This document shows positions 54,119-64,000 of a stretch of 64,000 nt of DNA, one piece after another. The stretch is from an uncultured Verrucomicrobiae bacterium (GTDB lineage: Bacteria; Verrucomicrobiota; Verrucomicrobiia; Chthoniobacterales; UBA10450). The DNA is taken from contig CAWDGJ010000003.1 of the NCBI GenBank assembly GCA_963801815.1, positions 384,001-448,000 of the forward strand, read 5' to 3'. Below the pieces are notes generated by a model. It was not told the origin of the DNA. It ran no database searches and saw nothing but the letters and a program-made list of their open reading frames with translations. The stretch's first letter is position 1, and every line of letters begins with the position of its first letter. The position numbers and the translations under genes are program-made.

Positions 54119-54961
54119 TTTCCCCGTGAGTTTGAGCCGAAAGCGCGGATCGAAGTCTCCGCCGTTATGTTTTCGACAACACGCCAGACACGCGATCGCG
54201 CGGCGAATTTTGCGTACCCGCGGAAATTCTTCTTTGCAATTCGGGCAACGATAAACGTAGCGCCGTGAGTAAGCTTTCGTCACGAACGGCAGATTGTGAC
54301 AGCGCGCTTCGTCCGCGATTCCCAAATCGCGACACGCTTGTCGCCATTCGATTCCGTGCGGCGCGATCCGGCGTCGCCCAACTCGCCATTGCGCGAGCAA
54401 ATGCGCCAACTCGTGCCGCAACGTGCGACCGACCTCTTGGTAAGCCGCCGCGCGCGACTCGCTTTTCGTCAGAGACCCTTGAGCAACGCTTGTTAAACTT
54501 GACTGCTTAAAGCAGTCAAGTTTGCGGTCACCGTTGGATTTGGTCTCGGCTTTGTTAGCCGCCAGTCCGGCTCGGACATCGAGCAGCAGGGGATTCAACG
54601 AAACTAGTCTTTCGCGATAATCCGCGCGGCCGGCGCAAGTTTTCAGTCGCGGATTCCATTCTACGCGAACTTCGCGCGCGAGCTTTTCCGCGCCGAGCGC
54701 GCGTAACAGTTTACGTGCTTGTAATTCGAGCGCGTGATCGCGCCCTTTCAGGGGGATCGGCGTCTCCGAAGGTGCCAGGCCGGCTCGGACCGATGGTGAA
54801 AAAGGCAGGGTCAGCGCGCCGCGCCGACTGCGGTCATCGCACCGCAGTGACCCTACCAACGCGCTCGGAGATGCGAGCCGCACTGGCCTTTGCGTTCCAC
54901 CTTCAAAGATGAACTCAAGCTGCTGATCTAACCAATTGTCATGTTGAGCGAAGCGAAACAT
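54113..54961 (-). CDS. SprT-like zinc metalloprotease with in-frame palindromic insertions; start uncertain
   Basis: WNPRLKTCAGRA, TLRHELAH, HGIEW, CPNC..CLAC. Confidence 0.85.
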   Translation of the reverse strand: MFRFAQHDNWLDQQLEFIFEGGTQRPVRLASPSALVGSLRCDDRSRRGALTLPFSPSVRAGLAPSETPIPLKGRDHALELQARKLLRALGAEKLAREVRVEWNPRLKTCAGRADYRERLVSLNPLLLDVRAGLAANKAETKSNGDRKLDCFKQSSLTSVAQGSLTKSESRAAAYQEVGRTLRHELAHLLAQWRVGRRRIAPHGIEWRQACRDLGIADEARCHNLPFVTKAYSRRYVYRCPNCKEEFPRVRKIRRAIACLACCRKHNGGDFDPRFRLKLTGKL

Positions 54962-55019
54962 CTCTGACTCAGTCCGGACAGAAATAATCAGAGATCCTTC
55001 ACTGCGTTCAGGATGACAA
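54936..55019. repeat. Family B element
   Basis: TTGTCATGTTGAGCGAAG...TTCAGGATGACAA. Confidence 0.8.
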
Positions 55020-55027
55020 CGAAAAAT

Positions 55028-56221
55028 CTACGCCACCGCATGCGCGCTCTTGCGTTTGGTCACGCGATCCACAATTTCGCCGACGATTTTGCCGGTCGTG
55101 GCGATTTCTTCGGCAGTCGTGTTTTTGCCTAACGAAAATCGAACCGCCGATCGCGCGCGCTCCACGGGCAATCCCATCGCGAGTAAAACGTGCGAGGCCG
55201 AAACGCTTCCAACCATGCAGGCTGAGCCGCTCGATGCGCAGACGCCTTTTAGGTCGAGCGCAATGAGCAGCATTTCCGAATCGATCCCAAGCAAACTAAC
55301 GTTCAATGTGTTCGCAAGACGTGGCGCATTCTCGCCGTTCAACTTCGCATCGGGAACGTTTTGCGAAATCAGATTCCAAAGCTCGTCCCGCAGCTTTTGT
55401 TCGCGAGCCTGCTCCGGATGCTGATTCGACAAAACAAATTCGGCAGCCGCGGCCATTCCTGCGATCGCCGGAACGTTTTCCGTTCCCGGCCGGCGCAGGT
55501 TTTCGTGCGAACCGCCGAACAGAATTGGCTGAAGCGATAACCCACTCCGGAGAAAAAGAAAGCCGGCGCCTTTGGGTCCGTAAAATTTGTGCGCCGCGAA
55601 ACTGGCGGCATCGACCAATGAAATGTCGAGGTCGATCTTGCCGAATGCCTGCACGCAATCGCTGTGTAAGAGCACGCGGCGCTCGCGACAAATTTTCGAA
55701 ATTTCGCGCATCGGCTGAATCACGCCGGTCTCGTTGTTCGCGGTCATGACCGAAACCAATCGCGTTTCCGGCCGAATCGACCCAGCGAGCTGATCAAGAT
55801 CGACAACGCCGTCATTCGACGTGTCGAGCCAGGTCACTTCGAAGCCTTCGTGCTTTTCCAAATGTTCGACCGCGTGCAGCACCGCGTGATGCTCCGTTTT
55901 CTCGCAAATAACATGCGGCCTTGCGGAACTTGACTGTTTTAAACGGTCAAGTTTCTGGGCGCCATCCAATCGCGTCCGGGCGAGCCCGAGGACGGCGAGA
56001 TTACAGGATTCGGTGCCGCCGCCGGTGAAAACGATCTCGTTCGGCTTGGCTTTGATCAGGGATGCGATTTTGTCGCGGGCGTTATCAACCGCCGCGCGTG
56101 CGTTGCGCCCCGCGCGGTGGATACTCGAAGCGTTTCCGAAATTCTTACTGAAATACGGCTCCATCGCTTCGCGCGCGGCATCGCAAAGCGGCGTGGTCGC
56201 GTTGTAATCCAAGTAAATCAT
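55028..56221 (-). CDS. iscS: Cysteine desulfurase (IscS/NifS type)
   Basis: YLDYNATTP, ANNETG, AHKFYGPKG, GTEN, SSGSAC. Confidence 0.93.
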   Translation of the reverse strand: MIYLDYNATTPLCDAAREAMEPYFSKNFGNASSIHRAGRNARAAVDNARDKIASLIKAKPNEIVFTGGGTESCNLAVLGLARTRLDGAQKLDRLKQSSSARPHVICEKTEHHAVLHAVEHLEKHEGFEVTWLDTSNDGVVDLDQLAGSIRPETRLVSVMTANNETGVIQPMREISKICRERRVLLHSDCVQAFGKIDLDISLVDAASFAAHKFYGPKGAGFLFLRSGLSLQPILFGGSHENLRRPGTENVPAIAGMAAAAEFVLSNQHPEQAREQKLRDELWNLISQNVPDAKLNGENAPRLANTLNVSLLGIDSEMLLIALDLKGVCASSGSACMVGSVSASHVLLAMGLPVERARSAVRFSLGKNTTAEEIATTGKIVGEIVDRVTKRKSAHAVA

Positions 56222-56277
56222 CGAGACTCTTCCTCGTGCTTTTTAATCTTGGTCTCGCTCGAGTCCGGAATCCAGAT

Positions 56278-56330
56278 CGTTTCGGTGAGGGCACCGAAAC
56301 GGACACGCGAGGCGCGTGTGCTCCCCAGAA
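56278..56330. repeat. Right half of the 52033-type element
   Basis: CGTTTCGGTG-AGGG-CACCGAAACG hairpin then CACGCGAGGCGCGTGTGCTCCCCAGAA. Confidence 0.8.
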
Positions 56331-57248
56331 TCATTCCTTGAAACCGTTGTCATCGGCGTTCGCGGCTTTTCTGGATCGTTTCTGCACAATCGCAACCTCT
56401 TTTTCTTCATAATAAACCAGCGAGTTCGGCGGAACGCTTTTAGTGAGAAAGACATTCGCGCCGATCGTAGTGTTCGCGCCAATAATAGTGTCACCGCCCA
56501 TGATCGTTGTTCCGGCGTAAATGCAAACGCCGTCTTCGATAGTCGGATGACGCTTCTTCCCGCGCAACGCCTGGCCGGCAGCCAGCGAGCGCGCGATGAA
56601 CGACACGCCCTGATAAATTTTTACGTGCGCACCGATATTTGTGGTTTCGCCAACGACCACACCAGTTCCGTGATCGATAAAAAAGTGTGAGCCGATCTCC
56701 GCGCCGGGATGAATGTCGATGCCGGTGCGACTGTGGGCCCATTCGGTCATGATGCGCGGGATCAACGGGACTTTGTTGTAAAGCACGTGCGCCATTCGAT
56801 AAATCGCGATCGCTTCGAGTGACGGATAGGCGAGAATGATTTCCTCGTAACTCTTCGCCGCCGGATCCCCTTCATAAGCGGCGTCGATATCGGTCCATAA
56901 AAGTTTTCGAACTTCCGGCAACTGCGACACGAAGAAATCGAGAATCTCGTCCGCTTTGTGTTTCGTTTCATCGGTGGCTGGATAATCGCCAAAGCTTTTG
57001 CAAATCTCCGGCTTCAACCGGATCCGCAGTGTTCTGACTTTGCTCTTTGTGATGTCGGGTAAATCTTCGGAATCGGTCAGCGCCTCGCCGCGAAATCCAG
57101 GAAACATCAAGCTCATCAGATCGGCGCACGCATCTTCGATTGTCTGGCGCGACGGCAAGGTGGCGGCGGCGGCGAGATAATTGACCCCGCCGGTCTCGCC
57201 GTAGGTAGCGAGAAGCTCGTTTACCGCGTCTGTGCCGTTTTTGTTCAT
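56331..57248 (-). CDS. cysE: Serine O-acetyltransferase
   Basis: GDPAA, TGIDIHPGA, FIDHGTGVVVGET, KRHPT. Confidence 0.93.
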   Translation of the reverse strand: MNKNGTDAVNELLATYGETGGVNYLAAAATLPSRQTIEDACADLMSLMFPGFRGEALTDSEDLPDITKSKVRTLRIRLKPEICKSFGDYPATDETKHKADEILDFFVSQLPEVRKLLWTDIDAAYEGDPAAKSYEEIILAYPSLEAIAIYRMAHVLYNKVPLIPRIMTEWAHSRTGIDIHPGAEIGSHFFIDHGTGVVVGETTNIGAHVKIYQGVSFIARSLAAGQALRGKKRHPTIEDGVCIYAGTTIMGGDTIIGANTTIGANVFLTKSVPPNSLVYYEEKEVAIVQKRSRKAANADDNGFKE

Positions 57249-57300
57249 TCGAGGCTAATTATGCGCGATCAACGTCTAAAGCGCACGCGATTACTAGGGT

Positions 57301-57446
57301 CGAAATCCGAAATCCGAAATCCGAATCCGAATGTCGAATATCGAAACAAGCACGAACTAAATAAGCTCGAAATCCAAAAACAGATACTCTTTCGGCTATT
57401 GAACATTCGGCATTCGAAATTGTTTCGGGATTCGGATTTCGAGATT
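57301..57446. repeat. Family A inverted-repeat element
   Basis: (CGAAATC)x3..TCGAAACAA opposite TTGTTTCGGGATTCGGATTTCG. Confidence 0.85.
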
Positions 57447-57525
57447 CCTGCTTTGCGACCAGGAGCCATGTCATATGGGTCGGCGAGACAACCCATTGAA
57501 AAGCCCCACGCGAACTCTAGGTTGA

Positions 57526-59784
57526 ATGGAGATGAAACCTTTTTCCGTTGCCGGAATTCCACCGGACGAACTGAACAGCTTTCTTTCCGGCACGCATTCC
57601 GATCCGTTCCGCATCCTCGGACCGCATCGGATGGGGGACGATCTCGCCATTCGCGCGTTTCGCCCAGATGCGCGCAAGGTTGACATTATTTTAGACGGGT
57701 CCGCCTCCGGCCCGAGCCGGACTGGCATTGAGACTACGGCGGATAAACTGCAGCCGATCGAGGCGGAGAAAATTCATCGCGACGGATTTTTCCAGGGTAG
57801 CGTGGCAAACGCGACTCGCGATCTCGATTACCGGCTGCGGATCACTAACTGGGACGGCTCGGAATACACGATGCGCGATCCGTATCAATACGGGCCGATC
57901 TTGGGCGAGATTGATTTGCATTTGTTCAGCGAAGGTCAGCATTGGCAACTTTACGAGAAGTTCGGCGCGCATTTACGCGAAATTAATGGTGAGCGCGGCG
58001 TTTACTTTGCGGTTTGGGCGCCGAATGCGCAGCGGGTCAGCGTGGTTGGCGACTTCAACGGCTGGGATGGCCGGGTGAATCCGATGCGAAGACTTCTCAG
58101 CGCCGGCGTGTGGGAATTATTTTTGCCCGACGTCAGCGAAGGCACGCACTATAAGTTCGAGATTCGCACGCAATCTGGCGCGCTCTTGCTCAAGAGCGAT
58201 CCGTTCGCGTTTTTCAATCAGTGGGGCAAGGAAACCTCGTCGCTCGTTTACAATCTCGAGCGCTACAGATGGAGCGACGGCGAATGGATGGAATCGCGGC
58301 GGAAAAAGGATTGGCCGAGATCGCCGATGAGCATTTACGAAGTGCATCTCGGTTCGTGGCGTCGCAAAAGCGGACGAGGGGAACCGGCATCTCAGTTATC
58401 TCGAGCTCGCCGAGACGCTGCTTCCGTACGTGCTGGAGATGGGTTACACCCACATCGAGCTGCTGCCGATTGCCGAACATCCGTTCGAAGGTTCGTGGGG
58501 ATATCAGGTCACAAATTATTACGCGCCGACCAGCCGTTTCGGAACTCCGGATGAGCTGCGCCATTTCATCGACAAATGTCACCAGGCCGGAATCGGCGTG
58601 ATCATGGATTGGGTGCCGGCGCATTTTCCGAAGGACGCGCACGCGCTGGCCGAGTTCGACGGAACCGATCTTTACGAGCACATGGACCCGCGCCAGGGCG
58701 AACACCAGGATTGGGGCACGCTCATTTTTAATTTCGGCCGCAACGAAGTGCGCAATTTCCTGATCGCGAACGCACTTTTCTGGCTCGACAAATATCACAT
58801 CGACGGGCTGCGGGTGGATGCGGTCGCGTCGATGCTTTATCTCGATTACTCGCGCAAGGAAGGGCAGTGGATCCCGAACGCTTTCGGCGGCCGCGAAAAT
58901 CTGGACGCGATTTATTTTTTGAAACGCTTCAACGAAGTTTGTTACGAGCGTTTTCCGGGAATCATCACCATCGCGGAGGAATCAACCGCCTGGCCCGGCG
59001 TTTCGCGCCCGACCTATCTCGGCGGCCTCGGCTTCGGATTCAAATGGAACATGGGTTGGATGCACGACTTTCTCGAATACATGTCGCTCGATCCGATTTA
59101 CCGGCGGTTTCATCACGGCAACATCACGTTCTCGCTGCTCTACGCGTTCCAGGAACATTTCATTCTGGTGCTGAGCCACGATGAAGTCGTGCACGGCAAA
59201 GCGCTCGCTCATTGTCGAAAATGCCGGGCGACGAATGGCAGAAGTTCGCCAATCTACGGATGTTTTACGCGTGGATGTACGGGCAGCCGGGAAAAAAATT
59301 GCTATTTATGGGCGGCGAGTTCGGTCAATGGCACGAATGGAACCACGACACGAGCCTCGATTGGCATTTGCTCGATCTGCCAATGCACGATGGCCTGCGC
59401 CGGCTGGTTCAACATTTCAATTACATTTACAAGAGCGAGCCCGCGCTTTGGCAACAGGACGACAGCTATGACGGCTTCGAGTGGATCGATTTCCACGACG
59501 CCGACAACAGCGTGGTTTCGTTCGTGAGGAAATCGCGCGAGGGCGAGATGGTCGTATTCGTCGTGAACGCGACGCCGGTGGTGCGTCACAATTATCGGCT
59601 GGGCGTGCCGCGTTCAGGGTTCTATCGCGAGATCATCAACACCGACGCGGAGACGTACGGCGGCGGCAATGTTGGAAATCTCGGCGGCGTGCAAAGCGAA
59701 GGCGTGCATTGGATGGGGCGCGAGCAATCGATTCTGATTCAGCTAGCTCCCCTGGCGACGCTGGCGTTCAAGTTAGAGTCTTAA
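57526..59784 (+). CDS. glgB: 1,4-alpha-glucan branching enzyme; frameshifts near 58370 and 59200
   Basis: [59 protein letters not shown]. Confidence 0.94.
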
Positions 59785-59802
59785 CTGTCGGCAAAAAGAG
59801 CG

Positions 59803-59832
59803 TTGACAGGTTGTAGGTCACCAGCCTATACG
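59803..59832 (+). promoter_or_regulatory. Possible sigma70 promoter of the prepilin gene
   Basis: TTGACA-18 nt-TATACG. Confidence 0.4.
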
Positions 59833-59900
59833 AGCGCAGGACTAAGTCCTATCTGTTGCGAAAATCGCCACAGATAACCCCAGAACAACCCCCTCAGAAT

Positions 59901-60629
59901 ATGAATCCTCTCAAGAACTGTCTGCTTCTCACTACGTCGCGACGCCGGTTGGCTATCACCGATGCCGCTTTTACCCTGATCGAACTGCTCGTTGTCATCG
60001 CGATCATTGCAACGATCGCTGCCTTTGCTGTACCCGCGCTCACCAGCGCGCTCGCGAAAGGACAGATGACTGGAACGATGAATAACGCACGCCAATTGTA
60101 TCTAGCTGGCTATCAAATGGCCTTGGATGGATCTGCTAATGGCGATGCGAACCTTGCCTGGCCGGGCGATTACACGAGCGGGATTTCTAACCTGCAAGAT
60201 TACGTCCAAAAGCTCGTGCAAAATGATTACCTGAAAGCGAGCGACCTCTCGAAAATCCTGAGCGCGCCCGGAGCGACGTGTACCGCAACCTCGACCGGCA
60301 CTGGCTCGTCAACCACGGTGACGTTGAGCGGTAATAGTGGGATCAAGGTTTATCCGGTCACTTCCGCAGATGGATCGAACACGATCTTCGCCGTCACCTC
60401 GAATTATACTTACAACACTGATTTTGCTTCGAGTGCGGGAACGCCGTACGGCGACAAAGGATTCGTGATCGTCCGCAAAGGCGGTGACGCGGCCGTCCTG
60501 CGCAAGAACAATGCAAAAGCGACTTCAGGGCAGGAGGCAAGTTTCGAGTCACTCGTTGGCAAGAAACCGGGCGAAGCTCAAGGCACTGTCACGTCCGGCG
60601 ATCCGGCCGGGGTTTTGAAGCAGCCGTAA
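59901..60629 (+). CDS. Prepilin-type N-terminal cleavage/methylation protein
   Basis: RRR..A|FTLIELLVVIAII class III signal. Confidence 0.9.
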   Translation: MNPLKNCLLLTTSRRRLAITDAAFTLIELLVVIAIIATIAAFAVPALTSALAKGQMTGTMNNARQLYLAGYQMALDGSANGDANLAWPGDYTSGISNLQDYVQKLVQNDYLKASDLSKILSAPGATCTATSTGTGSSTTVTLSGNSGIKVYPVTSADGSNTIFAVTSNYTYNTDFASSAGTPYGDKGFVIVRKGGDAAVLRKNNAKATSGQEASFESLVGKKPGEAQGTVTSGDPAGVLKQP

Positions 60630-60631
60630 TC

Positions 60632-61928
60632 TTAGGTCACGGTCGACTCGATTTCGCCGTCGCTAACGCGGGTCTTGATTTTCATTTTCGGTCGAACGGT
60701 TTCGACCGAACGAATCAGTTTACCGCGTTGGTCGGTAGTGATGCTATAACCACGGCGCAACGTCGCATCGGGGCCGAGCACCCGGAGAATTCCTTCGATC
60801 TTTTGAAATCGGTGGCGCGCATTCTCCAAAACGCGCACCGGCGATTCGACAAGTCGTCGTTGGAGGTCGCCGAACCGATTTTGGCGAAGCATCAGTTCCC
60901 GGGCCGGGCTGCGTGCCTGGAGGGCAGCGAGAGCGTGGATCAGTCCGCGTCGATAGTTGTCGATCTTGTGGACGAGGCAACGACGCAAAGTTTCGCGCGT
61001 GTGATCCAGCTGCTGCTGTGCGTCACGTAATCGATTGCGCAATTCGCGGCCGATTCCCCGCGAGCAAGCATCGATGTGCCGGCGAAGATCGGCAATGTCG
61101 GGGACGATCAACTCCGCCGCGGCGCTCGGGGTCGGCGCGCGCAGGTCGGCCACAAAGTCGGCGATAGTAAAATCAATCTCGTGACCGATGGCGGAAACAA
61201 TCGGCACATTCATGCTGGCGATCGTGCGTGCGACGATCTCCTCGTTGAATTCCCACAAGTCTTCGATGCTGCCGCCGCCCCGCGCGATGACGATGAGATC
61301 AACTGGACGCAAAATTTTCGTTCGGCGTCGCCAGTTCGCGGATTGCGACCGCGATTTCCTGGGCGGCGCCGGTTCCCTGAACGCGCACCGGACTAATTAA
61401 GATCGACAACCAGGGCGCACGGCGCCGAAGAACATTCAGAATGTCGCGGATGGCCGCACCGCTCGGCGAAGTTACGATTCCAATTCGTCGCGGAAATTTA
61501 GGCAACGCGCGTTTTCGCGCGGCATCGAAAAGGCCTTCGGTTTCGAGTTTGCGTTTGAGCGCTTCGAATTTCGCCTGGAGCGCGCCGCGGCCGAACGGCT
61601 GAACAATTTGGACGCTGAGTTGATATTGGCCGCGCGCCTCGAACACCGAAACCATTCCGAGGATTTGGACCCGGGCACCATCGACGAGCGTTTGTCGTGA
61701 TGTCGCCATCGCATCGCGCCAGATAACACACGCGATTTGGGCCCGCGCATCTTTGAGGGTGAAATACTGATGGCCGTTGGGGTGCGATTTGTAATTTGAA
61801 ACTTCGCCCTGCACCCAAACCGCGCCGAACTTGGCTTCGAGCGTGCCGCGAATGCTGCGCGTTAGTTCCGAAACCGTCAGCACTTTGGAAGTCTGCTGGA
61901 ACAAATCGGCTGTTAATTGCTTTTCCAC
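60632..61928 (-). CDS. xseA: Exodeoxyribonuclease VII large subunit; frameshift near 61310
   Basis: [50 protein letters not shown]. Confidence 0.94.
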
Positions 61929-61938
61929 GCTTCAATTA

Positions 61939-62009
61939 ACCACGAAGAACACGAAGACTTAAACGGTTGGAATTTTACTTACCTTCGTGACCTTCGTGCT
62001 CTTCGTGGT
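61939..62009. repeat. CACGAAG-family inverted-repeat element
   Basis: ACCACGAAGAACACGAAG opposite CTTCGTGCTCTTCGTGGT; a lone left arm lies at 45064-45092. Confidence 0.85.
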
Positions 62010-62011
62010 GA

Positions 62012-63025
62012 TCAAAGGAGTTCCTGCTGCATTCCGGACGGCGGCTTGAGGCCGAGCTTTTTGTAAGCGTTTGCGGTGGCGACTCGGCCTTGAGGCGTGC
62101 GCTTGATGTAACCTTCCATAATCAAGTATGGCTCGTTCACTTCTTCGAGTGTGCCCGCCTCTTCGCCGACTGCGACTGCCAGCGAATTCAAACCAACTGG
62201 TCCGCCGTTGAATTTGTGGATCAATGTTTCGATGATGCGCTTGTCCCACTGATCGAAGCCGTCGCGGTCGATCTCCAGCATCGCAAGCGCAGCATCAGCA
62301 ACTTCCTTGTCGATCTTGCCTTGCGCTTTTACTTGGGCGTAATCGCGGACCCATCGGAGTAAATTGTTCGCGGTCCGCGGCGTCCCACGCGCACGAGCGG
62401 CGATTTCCGCAGCGCCAGCCGCGTCGATGTCAACTCCGAGCAATCGCGCGCTGCGCGTGATAATCTTCTGCATTTCATCCGCGCTGTAGTAATCGAGACG
62501 CGCCGTCATTCCGAATCGCGAACGCAACGGTGCACTCACCATTCCCGCGCGGGTGGTCGCGCCGACGAGTGTGAATTTTGGCAGCTGTAATCGGAGACTG
62601 CGCGCCTGCGGGCCTTGATCAATGATGATATCAAGCCGGTAATCTTCCATCGCGGGATAGAGGTATTCTTCAATTGTCGGTTGAAGCCGATGGATCTCGT
62701 CGATGAAAAGCACGTCGCCTTTTTCCAAACTCGTGAGTAGACCGGCGAGCTCGCCCGCTTTTTCGATCACCGGGCCGCTGGTGTTTTTGACGTTCACGCC
62801 CATAGCGTTGGCGATGATGTAGGCGAGCGTTGTCTTGCCCAGACCGGATGGGCCGCTCAACAGAATGTGCTCGAGCACGTCCCCACGTTTCTTCGCCGCT
62901 TCCACCATCAATTCCAAACGCTCACGCACCTTGATCTGGCCGGTGAACTCGCTGAACATCGGCGGTCGCAACGACATTTCGAACGCGGGGTCCGGTTCGG
63001 GTGGCTTCATTTTGGCGGCGTTCAT
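62012..63025 (-). CDS. ruvB: Holliday junction branch migration helicase RuvB
   Basis: [41 protein letters not shown]. Confidence 0.97.
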   Translation of the reverse strand: MNAAKMKPPEPDPAFEMSLRPPMFSEFTGQIKVRERLELMVEAAKKRGDVLEHILLSGPSGLGKTTLAYIIANAMGVNVKNTSGPVIEKAGELAGLLTSLEKGDVLFIDEIHRLQPTIEEYLYPAMEDYRLDIIIDQGPQARSLRLQLPKFTLVGATTRAGMVSAPLRSRFGMTARLDYYSADEMQKIITRSARLLGVDIDAAGAAEIAARARGTPRTANNLLRWVRDYAQVKAQGKIDKEVADAALAMLEIDRDGFDQWDKRIIETLIHKFNGGPVGLNSLAVAVGEEAGTLEEVNEPYLIMEGYIKRTPQGRVATANAYKKLGLKPPSGMQQELL

Positions 63026-63136
63026 TCGTATATCGTTAGGACAATAGCCCAGCGTTTCAGAAGATAACAAAGGAAGGTCGTCGATCTAGTCGCGTTTCTT
63101 CCGTGCGGTTGGGAACTTGGTAGCGCTGGGTTACGA

Positions 63137-63535
63137 TCAGTCCAGATTCTTGGTCAAGACCAGCTCCGTCCCGCGCCGTTTATAACAGTAATCCACTTTG
63201 TCAAAAATATGGCGCATCAACTGGATTCCGCGGCCGCCGGCTTTTGGTTGGTTAGAACCGAGCAGGTTTAAAGACTTGTAGATCGGCTCTCCATAATCTC
63301 GGACCCGTATTCGGACACAATCGCGTAAACCCTCCATCGACAATCGAATGAGTTGATCGTCTTGCATGGCGTAGGCGTAGCGAATCACATTGGTGCACGC
63401 CTCGTCAGTTCCGAGAACCATCAGAGCGCGTTGCTTTTCTGAAAACGGAAAATGACTAAGAAATTTTCGCACGAAATTCCGCATCAAGGCGAGGTTGGCC
63501 GTGTGGCTGGTAAACTCGAGTTTGTCTTTCTTCAT
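63137..63535 (-). CDS. Anti-sigma factor / RsbW-like ATP-binding protein
   Basis: DEACTNVIRYAY, RDYG, GGRGIQLM. Confidence 0.85.
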   Translation of the reverse strand: MKKDKLEFTSHTANLALMRNFVRKFLSHFPFSEKQRALMVLGTDEACTNVIRYAYAMQDDQLIRLSMEGLRDCVRIRVRDYGEPIYKSLNLLGSNQPKAGGRGIQLMRHIFDKVDYCYKRRGTELVLTKNLD

Positions 63536-63628
63536 TCGCCGGAGCAACGCTGCGCACGCTTGGGCGTTCAATCAAGTAGGATGAAAGCGAATTGGACAGT
63601 TATGGAAACCGGTTGTTCAGTCTGGCCC

Positions 63629-64000
63629 ATGTGGAAAACATTGGTTGCTCTGGTGATTTGCGCAGCGCCGGCGCTTGCTCAGGAACAATTTACCGCCTAC
63701 GACGCCCTTCGCGTGGTGGGCGTTCACATCAGCCGCGACGCCGTGAATCACGTTGTTTCCATGACCGGCACGCGGGGCTCTCCTCAACCGCAAACCTGGC
63801 GAATCCTGGTCTCTGATCGTGGCGGCTCTCGTGAAATTCAAGTGCGCAACGGCGAGGTCGTGTCTGATCGCCCGAGCTCAATGGTCGGATCATCTGAAGG
63901 TGCCACGATCAATACTTCGCGATTGAATCTCGATTCGAGCGGCGCGTTTCAAGTCGCCAGTCACATTGCCGATAAATCGGGAACACGATTCGACAGCGCC
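63629..64000 (+). CDS. Secreted hypothetical protein, truncated by the window end
   Basis: Manual translation MWKTLVALVICAAPALA-QEQFTAYDALRVVG..., open to position 64000. Confidence 0.75.
   Translation, partial: MWKTLVALVICAAPALAQEQFTAYDALRVVGVHISRDAVNHVVSMTGTRGSPQPQTWRILVSDRGGSREIQVRNGEVVSDRPSSMVGSSEGATINTSRLNLDSSGAFQVASHIADKSGTRFDSA

Overview
64 kb of a GC-rich bacterial chromosome. Gene content and protein style suggest Verrucomicrobia, possibly soil Chthoniobacterales (inference). Most of it is housekeeping: an RND efflux operon with TetR, tilS, gltX, aroE, proC, nadA, DUF1800/DUF1501, xth, infA, a yqjD/E/K-like trio, two pilT paralogues, an HNH gene, nuoD-N, fabD, ispD, an ABC module, eno, ftsB, prfB (programmed frameshift), a cysteine desulfurase, cysE, glgB, a prepilin, xseA and ruvB. 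Several essential genes carry 1-2 nt frameshifts that look like assembly indels. The striking signal is non-genic. About 30 gene junctions hold inverted-repeat hairpin elements of several distinct families. One family occurs both loaded with a GxxExxY gene (between nuoK and nuoL) and empty (between nuoH and nuoI). Another flanks a decayed four-helix-bundle gene. Palindromes of this kind also sit in frame inside at least six proteins and supply stop codons to several genes. A methyltransferase looks like a solitary integron-type cassette. No rRNA, tRNA or CRISPR array was recognised.
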